From the human T2T-CHM13v2.0 reference genome, Homo sapiens, in NCBI RefSeq assembly GCF_009914755.1, contig NC_060926.1: a stretch of DNA of 64,000 bases. One strand, given 5' to 3'. Shown piece by piece: positions 11,866-24,800 of this stretch (positions within the stretch are counted from its first letter, which is position 1; each line of letters begins with the position of its first letter). The position numbers and the translations under genes were made by a program. The notes beneath the pieces were generated by a model. That model made no database searches and was not told the DNA's origin. It saw only the letters and a program-made list of their open reading frames with translations.

Positions 11866-13856
11866 GCATATCATTGCCTTAAACCCATCCCTCTTTAGGT
11901 CTAGGGTAGGCTTCTTGAGTCTGCAGCTACTCTCTTTTCAACAAACATCAATCAAATGGCTATGATATCCCAGACCCAAGGTAACAATATAAAGATGGGT
12001 AGGATGAGGTTCCTGTTCAAAAGACTTTTGGAGCTAGGGAAAAACAGAAGCACTAAAGCTTGGAAGTAATTTTATCCATTAAACATAAAGTGAAACTGTT
12101 AAAAAATTAAAATTAAACTCATATAAATAGGTGAAATGTATTTTTTCAGGTATTTATTACTTTATGTGTGTAACTTAACAACTCAGCAAGACCGATTTTG
12201 GCAGAAAGGTGTGGCTTATATGATTCTAGAATATAGAATACAGTATGAAACAGGATACTTGACTTGCACAGAAAAATATCAGTGAAGATAGTAAGGATTA
12301 AAACTCATTTTGTATTTGCTCCATGAAGCAGTCACTGCTTTCTAGTGCCCTTGATTCACCTGAATGTCCATACCCCAGCTGTTTAGCTCATTTCCATGTG
12401 CATGCCCCATTTCTCCTTCTTGAGAGAAAACACCATCTTTTAAATATTTTCTTAATTTTTCACAATCTGTTTTCCAGAGTGGATGGCAATGCTAACAGGC
12501 AAAATTTCTGTTTCTCTTTAATTTCCAATTAAAAAGTAGCTCAGAAACACTTAGCATACACTTTTGCTCTGTTTTCTTCATAGTATTACAGCACAAAGCT
12601 ACCTTGTTTAGTTGTCCTGTCTGTCTCTCTCCATGAGCAGAAGGATCTTGCAGTTTCACTCACCACTATATCCTCAAAGACTGATGCCATGATAGGAGTT
12701 TAATAACTGCTGTGTGAGTATAGGGATAAATGAAAAGATTTGGGACAACAGCCACTTTAGCCCTCACTCCTGTCCTCCAGGTCACTCCTCTCTTGACCAC
12801 TGCATAAAGGACATCAGGCCTCAGCTGCCTGGCCCCTTCTTTTCCCCACCCCCAACCATCCATTCCTCCTGGGTATCTTTATGGAATCTAAGTGCTGATT
12901 AGAAATCCTTCCAGAATCGCCTTCTATAATGTTTCTGTTTTATTATCTTTATTTTTCTAGTAGACTACAAGATACTTGAAGGCAGGGTGTGTCTTTTATT
13001 TTGTCACTAACAGCATCTAGTATATTACTTGGGCCTTCACTAGATGTTGTTCCAGTGGATATTTGTTATTGAATGTTTTTTATTAATTGGCAAAAAATTA
13101 AGTTTGGATGTGTGCCATGTATAGCTGCACATTTTTTATCAAGTGGTGAGTATTCTTGTTGCCGCTGCTTCAAAGACTTAGTAATTAATACATGTATCTT
13201 TGCTCTCTCTCTCTCTCTCTTGATTCAGTACCTATTGCAGATGATAGCCTCATTTGAGAAACACAGATTTTCTTTTTATCATTTATTTCCTACCCAGGAG
13301 TTATTTCTTCATAAAAAATTAGTCATCCAATCCAGGTCCTAGTGAGAACTACATGAGTTTGGGATATCATGTGCATATAGGAGCTAAAAATATATATATT
13401 GTAAATTTCCAAAAGTATACATTTGGTGCTTAACTCACTATTCACAGTTACTTTATTATTTTTCCTACTAATCCTTTCCAACTAACTTCTATCCAGAGGA
13501 TCCACTTCCCCAATCGATGTGATTTTGCTTTCTATTTTTCAGTAAAATTTCCAAAACATATGCATTAAATATAATATTAGATTGTGACAGTCAGACCATT
13601 CATTTCATTTCTAGGCACAAAACAACATTTGCTTAAAAATGTGGATCCTGGAATCACAGTGGTTTGGGGTAAATTCATGCCATGCTGTGCAAAAGTGGCA
13701 CAGCCTTGAATTGGTTAAAATACTTCAGGGCTCTGCTTCCTCAACTATAAAATAAGACTAATAATACTTCCTAATTTATAAAGTTTTAATATGAAACCCA
13801 AGTGAAATAGATGACTATTATTATTGTTATTATTATGCAAGTGTTTCTGGGATAAG

Positions 13857-14186
<330 letters not shown>

Positions 14187-17100
14187 TAAGATTTTTATAA
14201 CTATTTTGAGAAGGATTTTTGTCTGAAGAAACTCACTTTTATCACTTTATTTTGCCCAAATAAAGCACTATAGTCCATATCTCTGTTTCAAATATTATTT
14301 ATTAAATTCAATGTTTCCTGGATAATATGCCCTTTCTGAATGACAGTCAAATGCCATTCAGTAATTCCCTCATTTTTTTCTGCCAATCCTAATATATCCT
14401 CATTTGTTTATAAACAATTCATTTTTAAAATTATACTCTCATATAATAAGTGAAGTGTCTTTATTTTGTTCAGATATTTATTACTTTATATGTGTTTAAC
14501 TTCATAACTCAGCAAGAAATTATAGCATCATTTTGGAAAATCTCCAGTCAAACTCTGATCTTTGCCTATAATGTATCTGGTTTTATTTAACTGAAATGGG
14601 AGAATTGAATACTTTTAGGTTTTTCTGCTATTCTTAGTTGACTATTTGACTTTAGTTGTGTCGTTTTGTAAGAAACCTTGACAAGTTAAATTTATCCATA
14701 CAGAAACCTATAGTTAGGAGACCTGTGAGATGACTATAATTTCCTTCCCATTAGTTTCAATGAATTCCATGCATGTGAAAGAGAATTGGAGAGTGGAGTC
14801 TGCAGCCCTGTGTTTCTCGTTGTGCAGGTATATTGAGGAGGGAGATATAGTCCAGGTCTCCTTAAGTTGTTCCTCTGCTGCACATTACCCTTAATCCTCC
14901 TTTGAGCAAATGCAGACTAGAGCAGCTATGCCAAGAAGAGAAGACTTAACTCTTTAAACACAAGGGGCCCTTGGACACTTAGCTTATGCTTCATACAAAA
15001 CCTGTGAAATGGTTAATATAGAAATGTGAGTGTCATTTGTATTGTAGCCAATATGAACCAGAAGAATTGAGCTGTAGCCAGCATTTATTTAAGCATCATT
15101 TTTGCCATCTGGATTCTTTTGTGGGGAAAGAACCATTCGAAGGGAATTGCCTTTGGTTACAAAGGTGATTTGACTTTTCTCTCTATTTATATGTGCACCA
15201 TCCCACTGGCACCGTTGTTCAAGGTTCCATAAAGAGACACTTTTGTTCTACTGCTGCTTGAGAGTTTAGGTAGCATAGGAGAGCCTGAAGAAGATGTGGG
15301 AAAGCGTATCAAACATTTTTGTGGACAAATTGGATTCATAAAGGACATTGGCCTGTATGTGGAAAAACCAACTAAATAATTTAATCCAGGTAAAAATTAT
15401 GCAGCCATTCACTCACACAGGACTCATTGGCGTCTTCCCTAAAATACAAGTCACTTGATGTGGCAAATCATTTGTAGGTCAGTGTTCAAACCCAAATGCT
15501 TGTTGGACACCTACCTGTCAGCTGGTTTAGGTACTGATTCAATCCATTCCTTAGCAATGAACCTGTAAACAAAAAATGGCTATCACCCAGGAATCATAAT
15601 TTCTAATTACCTTTGACCTGTGGCAAAGTACAATAATTTAAAGATGATAGTGAGCCTCTATTACACAAATGTTTTGAAGATTAAAACTTGAGAAGATTGG
15701 CATTCACATCTGGGAATTATAAATTTTATTTTGATGTTAGAAGAAAGGCTTTTACATGAGTATGATCTGATATATTTTATTGTTAGGTTTATAGGATTCA
15801 GAATCCGTGGTTATTTTATGATTATGTGATCAGGTAATTTTTATCTTATCTGAGAGCTCTTTCATAATACTGCATTAATTAAATCGCTCATCTGAATAAG
15901 GAGTTTAAATGGTACAGTGGGCAATGAAGTAAAATCTGTAGAATTCCCAGCCATAGCACATATTATTTTAAACTATATTAGAGATAAAACTATTTATTGA
16001 GTGCTAACTTCTGCAGAGCCTTATCTTAAATACCCCTAGAATATATAAAAGAAACACTCACAAGTAAAGGTCTTTTAAACCAACAATAAAGTAATAGATC
16101 AACAAATGCAAAATAATATAATCTGTGCAAAATATTTATGTGCCATTCACATACACGTTACAAAAATGATTGAAATGGAAATGAAAATTATTGGTATTCT
16201 AAGTATTCATCCCCTTATACTATTAATTGGAAACTGATATATTATTTAACTCTTAAGCAGAAATGTGTGATGTTTAAAAATAAACAGCAAATTATGAAGT
16301 CACAAGGTAAGTGTTAAAATACATATATATGTGTGTGCATGTGTGTGCGTGTGTAGATGTATTAATCTCATCATTAAAAGGAGGAAAAAAGAGCCTTTAA
16401 AGTTTCCATTATCCATTATGTCAGGTAGCAAATATCTTCTCAATGTAACTCCAGACATTAAATCTGTCGAGAGGAATGCTGTAAAATAAATGTCTGGGAT
16501 ACCTTCATAAACAAAAATCTTATTTCCATAATTCATACAGCTGGCTGGCATTTATTGGCACGTCAGGTGCAATGGGGACATTTCAGGAACATTAACATGT
16601 ACAGCATCATTTGTCAACAAAGCAACAATGTAAGCAAATCGTTCAGAACTCATACAGATTTACAGCTTTCTCCGCCAGCTGCTAATTACGGTGTGCTCGG
16701 CCTATTTGGTATGGTCTTTTTATTGGAAAATGACAAAGGGGTTATAGTATCCCAGTTTGGAATATAGATGTGGCTTTTAGTAATAATATGAATGTAATAT
16801 GACGATGTAGCTTGGAGTTGTGATCCAGTTTTCCTGGTCTTATAATTGATCAGCTTTGATTGATGAAGGACAAGAGAAATTCACAGCCTATTTTGTTTCT
16901 GATGTAACTAACCTCTAAAACAAAGGAAAAATAGGGGAAAAATTATCAAAGACCATGTCACAGCAGTTCTTAATGTTTTTCCCTATGGAACATGACACAT
17001 AATATTTACCTCTCAAAGAAAATCTGATATGTTGATTGCTGGTGGAGCAAATGTTACAGGAGCCTGTACATTTCAGAATTCTACGTTGTACTTTGAACAA

Positions 17101-20059
17101 TCAGAAAGGCCTTACACAAATATGCTTAAATAATGTTAAGGTTATGACAGAAGGTGACAAATGTCAGCAGCATCAAAGTTAACATCTATAATCACCCCCT
17201 GCTTACATTGTTCAGTTTTAGGAAAAGACACAACCGTACAAGCAAATGATGGAGTGTCAACTCTACCTTCAAATTCCCTGGATTGTGTCAAGGCATATTA
17301 TAATCCATAAAATGAAGAGTGGTGCTGTCTTTGTGCCCATGATGTAAATCTGTATTTAGAGATGGTCCTTCTGTTTAACCAAAATGCAAAAAGCTAAATT
17401 GGTAAATACTTATTCGAACATTGTTTAGATTTATCCCATCCCAAACCTTATTAAAATCCATTAAATTCCAGAGTGAACCGATTTGACATTCAGCAAATCA
17501 GTTGCTGTCAGAGCAGCTGACTTGACCAGATATTAAAATATTTTCAACTTTGCTGGCATCAGATCCTCGGCCCTTCCTAGAGCTGATAATGTCAGGACAG
17601 CAATGGTTGACTGGATCCAAAATGCATTATACTAAATAAGTATCATTCTCATGTTCCAAAAATAAAGATTCTAACTCCAGAAATAGTTTGCAGATAGTGT
17701 CCTTCTATTTTACGTAATGCCCCGTGGAATCCTGTACCATCTTCGCTTACACATTTGTCATTATGTATTGTAATTGTTGGTTTCTTCCTCCTCCACTAGA
17801 ATAGGATTCCTAAAATCAGCAAGTAAATTATGTTTAATTTTGTACCCTCAGAGCCTAGTACTACCTGGAATATAGTAGATGCCAAATTAAGACTAGTCAA
17901 AAGAATGAATAAATGTGTACATATTGGGGCAGCCCTGCATGAGATTGTGATGGAGGAGGAATTTGCTTTAATATCTTGCCCACTCATCCTTTCTTGAGGA
18001 TACCGTCTCCTAAGTCCTCTGAGATGCATATTTCCCATATACTTTTTTCTTTGTCCCTTATTCTAAAACCTACTTGCAGAAGAGTATCTGAAACTCATAA
18101 ACATTAAGATGTAAAATATAAACAATCTTCCAAAGTATTGTCTTTTCCAGGGGCATTTATATTCAAACCAAGATCCATCCCTTAAACTGAAATTGAAAAT
18201 TAATTTGAGGGTATTAGACATTATTTTTTATGTAAAGAAACATTTTTACAGTGAAGGTACCATCTTGGTTTTCTTTAGTAGAAAGGCACTCACTCAACTT
18301 TTCCCCAAACCACCCTTGCTTGGTGCTAAATGGAGATGGTGTTGGTTCTATTCTCCAGGATTATGTGGCATGTAGATTCTACTAGGAATTGAAATGAAGA
18401 CCTTAGAATGGAAATGTGGCCTAGCTAAGGAAGAATACTATGATTTTAATTTGCATTAACATGAAGTCCTTCTAGACTGAGTCAATATGAAGAGAACCAT
18501 CTAGTGCATCAGAACAGAGCCTTTTCAACCCATATTATTGTCTTTGTGAAGCAAAACGTGCTGCTGGAATTAAAAACAAGCAAAAGGTTGTATTTTTTAC
18601 TGTTCAAAGAATGCTAAAACTTTCAATGCATAACAACCCCAGAGAAACAGGGTTGATGGAATCAGAGAAGTTGGAGGACAGACACCTTAAATTTAAAATT
18701 GAATACTTGTGAAGAGTTGCAACTCATAGTCTGCCTTTAAAATATAGCTGGGCAAGGAGGTCTTGTGTCACCCTATATGATGATCACTTCAAATTGGTTT
18801 TAAATTTACAACAATTATTTGAATAAAAGCCACTATTTCCAAAGCCACCCATTTGCCTAAAATAATCTCTGAAAGTAAGTTATTTATATATATTTATTTA
18901 TAAACTAGCATTTGTATTAACCCTTACCCAAATGGTTATCCTTACTTGTATTTAAAACCACTAAGTCAGTGCTTTAGAATAGTCTATGTTAATCTTTACA
19001 AATAATTCATGTTGCGCTAATTAATGATTCATACATACTTGAGAGAGAATGGATTGATGTTTACCTGTTCATTATGCAAAAAGTCTTCACAGAAAATATT
19101 TCCAAAATTCCAGGAACATTTTAAGTGTTTTTAATTATTTTAGAGGTATCTATGTATCTTCACAAAAGTAATATTCTAACTATAAATCCCTCATAACTAA
19201 TCATTTATTCAGACCCTCTAAGGACCTTCACTAAGAACCATTTATTATCCTCAATAATACATAAGAATCCTATTTTAAATGATCTCAAAGTTGACTACAA
19301 TTTGTATTTCTCACTAATTTAAACAGGCCTCTCCTATTCTTGTCCTCTTCCTACCCCTCCCTCAAGCTTCCCATGGTAATACATGGCTACTAACTGGATT
19401 GAAAGCATAAATGATATGAAGCAGAGTTTTGAGAATTTGTAATTCAGAAAATATGGCAAAATCTAGGAATTCTCATATTTTAATATCACTATTAGTTGAT
19501 TTGCTTAAATGCAAAATATTATAATAAAGAAATAAAAATATAAAATTTGTATTTTATAAGAGCAATACTAAAATTACAATTTAGGATGCATAATATGTAT
19601 ATATTTAAGCCTATAGATCTCAATACAAATGCAACTGAATGTAGAAAGTCTACCTTTAATCCAGTTTATGAGGAAATGTCTTAACGTCACCTTTCTAGGA
19701 GAAAGCAAGAGACCAATCATGAGAACCATTTAGTCCAGCAATCTCTCAAGATGCCAGTCGCCAGCTTGATGGAGTGAGCATTTAATTAGCCTAGTAATTC
19801 CCTCCTATTGTTCCCTTCTCAACTCTAATTGAAGAGAGACCTTAATCTCAAAGGAGAAATATTTAACTTTTAAAAATGTCACAGAAAGGTGGAAAGTAAC
19901 TGTTTTGTTAAGTAAATAGCATTTACTCACATGAGAAAATAACTTTTAAACAAATATTTTATGTTTGTTTCTTAAGGTCTGTAGTAAAACAAAAACAATT
20001 TCAAGCAAACAAACCTGAGAGCTCAATATCAACAGATTCTTTTGAAAAGGAATTATCAA

Positions 20060-20388
20060 TTGCTGCTGCCATAACAAAACACTTAAGACTGGGTAATTTA
20101 TAAAGAGCAGAAGTTTATTCCCTCACAGTTCTGGGATCTGGGAAGTCCAAGATCAAGATACTAGCATCTAGTGAGGGTCCTCTTGCCATGTACTCACCTG
20201 TCAGAAGGCAGAAGAACAAGAGAGAGTGGGCCTACTCCTGCAAACCCTTTTTGTAGTGGCATTAATCCATTCATGAGGGCAAAGCCTTTATGACCTAAAC
20301 TCCTCCCCAAAGTCTCCACCTTCCAACACTGTTGCATTGAGGGTTGTTTCCAACAATGAATTTTACAGGACACATACAGACCATAGCA
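20060..20388 (-). mobile_element. MaLR solo LTR (MSTC/MSTD-like)
   Basis: ataacaaaacacttaagactgggtaatttataaag...ctcacagttctgg...gggaagtccaagatcaag...cagaccatagca. Confidence 0.85.
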
Positions 20389-20884
20389 GTTATTATAAGG
20401 ACATATTTCAAGAATAAGCTACATTATCCCAGCAGGAGTGTCTGAAATGCATGAAGTTAAGGCTAACAAAGAACATCTAAACTAATAGGTAAATCCAAAG
20501 AAACTCCATGAAACAAGGAAGTCTCATTTGTGTGGTGTAAAATAAAAGTCTAGATACGGATCAAATCTTGGTCAAAAATAGCATCAAATGTGGCTAAAGG
20601 AGTGATCAAAGTTAAAAACTTCAAATGCCTTTAGTATTTCTGGAAGTAAAGACTTCAGTTGTATTAAGTGAAATACACGTGTTAAAATTCCGAGGCCATC
20701 ATGCTATGTTACACAGATGGTCACCATCCGCTGTAAGGTGGCTAAAGGGAAAGAGGTGAGTAGCTGGCTTGGGGTAGCCACCCAATAGGGCTAGCCACCC
20801 AATAGGTATATAGCCACATTATACCTTACCCCTTTACTATGCCTGGCCTGATCTACTGCAGCAATGAGCTGTTCACTCTTTTTG

Positions 20885-21184
20885 GGCTGGGCTCAGTAGT
20901 TCACACCTGTAATAGCAGCATTTTGGGAAGCTGAGGCGGGAGGGTCACTTGAAGCCAGGAGTTCAAGATCAGCCTGGACAGCAAAGCAAAACCCCCATCT
21001 CCGTAAAAACATGAAAAATAAAGAATTTTAATTATCCAGGCATGGTGTATGCCTTCAGTCCCAGCTACTCAGGAGGCTGAAGTGAGAGGATCACTTAAGT
21101 TCAGGAGTTTGAGGCTGCCATGAGCTATGATCGCACCACTGCACTCCATCCTCGGAGACAGCAAGACCTTATCTTAAAAAATAA
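20885..21184 (+). mobile_element. Alu (AluJ)
   Basis: Diverged dimer with AluJ-type right arm (gaggatcacttaagttcaggagtttgaggctgccatgagctatgatcgcaccactgcactcca). Confidence 0.9.
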
Positions 21185-21539
21185 GTTGGTTTTTTTTTTT
21201 AAAAAAAAACTAAGTTTTATTTTATTTTTTGAAGTTAGAAAGTATGCAACTTGTCTGTGGGAGACAAAAACTCTGAGAAATATATTAAACATTGGAAAGG
21301 AAGGGAGAGTAGGGGTACATTGTTCAGGGTTGCAAAGTGAAGTTGAGAGTCTTAAATAGAGGGAGGCCTATGTACTTTCTTAAAAACAAACCAACAGCAA
21401 ATAGGAACACAAGCAATAGATTCTGGAAGAATTGTTTGCTATGGAGTAAATCATGTATTTGTCTATTCACCAAATGCTATATACCTAGATGCTTCTACAA
21501 GGAAGAACAAAAAACCATGTTAATGAACTCAGACATTTG

Positions 21540-21604
21540 AATAGTGTTGTTGCTGTCCATAGATGAGAGCTTTAATAGTGTTGTTGCTGTCCATAGATGA
21601 GAGC
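21540..21604. repeat. Perfect 31-bp direct duplication, 34-bp period
   Basis: AATAGTGTTGTTGCTGTCCATAGATGAGAGC at 21540-21570 and 21574-21604. Confidence 0.95.
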
Positions 21605-21730
21605 CTAAGCAGTTTTCCTACCAGCAAAGAATAATGTACCTTGAGAAAGATGTGTGAACATGTAAGTTCCTATTAATGCACATTTATCACAAAAATTAAT
21701 CTGAGCATAAGCAATGGGCAATGTGAGTGT

Positions 21731-21817
21731 TGAGGATCGCTTGAAATCAGGAGTTCGAGACCAGCCTGAGTAGCAAAGCAAGACCCCTACCCCCGCCATC
21801 TACACAGAAAAAAAAAT
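21731..21817 (+). mobile_element. Alu left-monomer fragment (AluJ/FLAM)
   Basis: gaggatcgcttgaaatcaggagttcgagaccagcctgag...catctacacagaaaaaaaaatt. Confidence 0.75.
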
Positions 21818-24800
21818 TAATGGTAACTAAAACACAACGAAAATATTGTCAATCAGAAACAAATAATACATGAGAAAGAAACGAAGCCATAACTACCAAA
21901 ACCAGAAATGTATGTCTCAGAGACCAGAAAACACTTTTGATCCAAAATTAAATATCCAATATTTTCACACAGTTAGAATTCATCTTATATTTCTAGTCTA
22001 ATCTATGCTTGACGCTTTCCATTGCTACTGGGTGACACGGATCACTTTTCTCTAATTTTGTTTTCAGTTTTGCTATTTCTTATATTGTGTATCTGCCTCC
22101 ATGAGTTTTAAATGGCTAAATTATTTGCTTAGAATTCAGGTGTTTTTCTTAACAGATTATTTCTAGCTGAAGCTGTTTCTGTCACATATTGTTGAATTCC
22201 AAATGCCCCCCTAAAACATAACCATAAAAGTAATTTCTTTCCTATCCTCATCAACACTTCAGATAGTTAATAGCTGCGGGCACATGTTATAAAAGAAGTT
22301 GCTGAAGAAGGGAACTTGAAGTGAATTTGGCATAGAGTCATGGATGGTACTAAACACATGGATGAAGTTATTTACTTAAAATTTTTCTTGTCGGCCTGAT
22401 TTGGCTATATTTTCAAAATTGACACATACTATGCTGTAGACTTCTATTTTCACTAGCTGAGAAACAGAATGATTACAGACTTTTGCATGTTATGCATTTT
22501 TAAATATCACCAAGTTAAACTTAGATTTTGATTCCGTGCCCAGGACCAAGTGGAAAAAAATCTCCATCTTCAATAGTTCCTATTATCTTTTAGTCACAGG
22601 GCCACATACTGTATTTCTTCCATGAGTAAAACTCCCACTTGGAATTCCAAGCATTGCATAACTAGTGGAGTATTCATATCATATATAACTCAGTAGGCCT
22701 TCATATCCTAATCAGCTATTTCATCTGCACAATATTCTTCTTAGCAGTTAAAAATCTTAAAATCATAGTTCAGAATGGAGCCAACATTTAATTCAGCCAA
22801 CAAATATTTATTAAACACCTACTTCTACTACTGGTGTTACAACCATGACTACTACTTTACATAGTTTTGTATTGCTTTAAATTGTTTTTACAAACCTCAT
22901 CTCATTTACTACAGTGAAATTACCTACTGCTTTGAAGGAGCTTAGAGACTCATAAAGTAGATTAAATCAATTGTCAGAAAAACTGGGCTTTAAAGAACTT
23001 GTCTACGATGGTACCGGCTACTGTAGTATTTTAGATGATTTTGGTGAACTCTCAGTTGATTTTAGGTAAAAGATTCATCTGCACAAATGTATATTTATCT
23101 TTCATTGTATTTTTTATTACAATCTAATATTTTTTAAAAGCTAAGAAAATGCAATGAAAATAACATTTTAAAAAGTGTCAGCTATATGAATGATATTCCT
23201 TAATGCATGTCACATTTAAAATATGACCTATTTTTAAAGTACATTGTATATGTCACAAGCCAGATTTGGTCACAGGCCATGGTTTGCTAATCTCTGTCCT
23301 AAAGCAATATGGTAGTTCTGAACGTTTGGCTGAAGAACATGGATGGCGGTAGAAGTCCCTAAACTGGTCTTCATAGCTTAGAATAACAGAACTGCTGAGT
23401 TTGAAGGAAACCGAACAACTTATCTCACTTACTCTCCAAACACTGTTCAATTTCTCTTCATACTTTTTTTTACAATGTGGTAGTCTCTATATTTATATTT
23501 GATTCAAAATATAATGTTTTAAAACGGCCTGTACTGATGTCTCTTCAAAATCTTTATCTTGCTTAATCTTAGAAACTTTCTTGCCAAGGAGTGTAGGAGT
23601 AGACATGATAGCAAGGGAAAGGTAATAGAATAAATTTTGAAAGCTAAATGCTTTATTTTGATATAGCTAATATTCATAGACCTTAACATTTACATTAGTC
23701 AGCAATCAACCAAAAGTCATAGTTTCAAATACACGAGGGCAGAATCTGCCTAGCTACACAGGATTTGACCACTTAAAAGTTGAGCTCTATGATTATTCTG
23801 ATGAAGTGGATTGGAGACCATCACCTTTCTCTTAGTAAATATTTGTCCTTCACATACCAATCGTAAGTATAATTAAGCATTTTTTACTTCATCTGGTGCT
23901 TCAAATTTTGTATGATGCAGGATTTAGTTTTCTATTCTAATTCCTAAAAGCCATATTTCAGGCTGCATTCTATTAGGGGTGTCTCACTTAAAATAAGAAT
24001 ACTATTATGTAGCTTAACTTGCATCTATTTCCTTTTTATTATGGCCACTCAATTGTTCCTGACTTTCTTTGGGAATGATTTGTTAATTTTATTCCAGTCT
24101 CAGCTATGTGCCTTCACTTAACAATGAACATTGACTACTGGATACTTAGCTTACCTTTTTTACAAGATATATATTTCAAGGTTTTGTTTTCATATAACAT
24201 AAAACAGTAAGGCATTCATTAATCACTATTAAATTCATTCTTTTCCTCTTTATTGAATTCTAAAGGAAAATCAGCTAGTCTTTTTTTTGGCATGTGTCAG
24301 CAAAAGTATGTTATTATGAGGTGTTCTTAAATAATATATCTTCATAAAACAATATAGGTGGAGGTTTAAGGAGAAATAAGGAAAGAAATTGGAACCATCT
24401 GGATATCCAAAGTAGAGAAAAGTTTTTACTAATGGTTGTCATGTACACGTTACAAAAATAACACTATACAGCTTTCTAACTGGACAGGAAAAGGCAGAAC
24501 TATCAAAAAGTTGAAAAAGAAGATAGCCCTGGAGTGAAGCAATTGACAAATAAAATCATTTATAAGACATGCATTTAGAAGAAAAGTGGAGATTCATGGT
24601 TCTTGGGTCAGTAAGGATTAAACATATCTCAGAGATGACCTGCTTGTTCCTGGGAATCGAAATACAGTTGCATTCCAAAAAGGATGGCTCCCTGGGAAAT
24701 GCAAGGAGGGGAGGACAGGAGGGAACAGATTTTTGTTGTTGTTGTTTTTGTTTGTTTGCTTGTTTTCAGGGATGAGTGGGAAAGCACCTTCTATGTACTT

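Noticed and set aside
12141-12156. Possible recursive splice site (ttttttcAG|GTATTT), and a similar one near 42410-42422
   Set aside because: The regenerated donors are weak (not GTAAG/GTGAG) and the pyrimidine tracts are short; cannot be supported from sequence alone
21540-21604. Direct repeats as a CRISPR-like array
   Set aside because: Only two copies with a 3-nt gap, eukaryotic context, no cas genes
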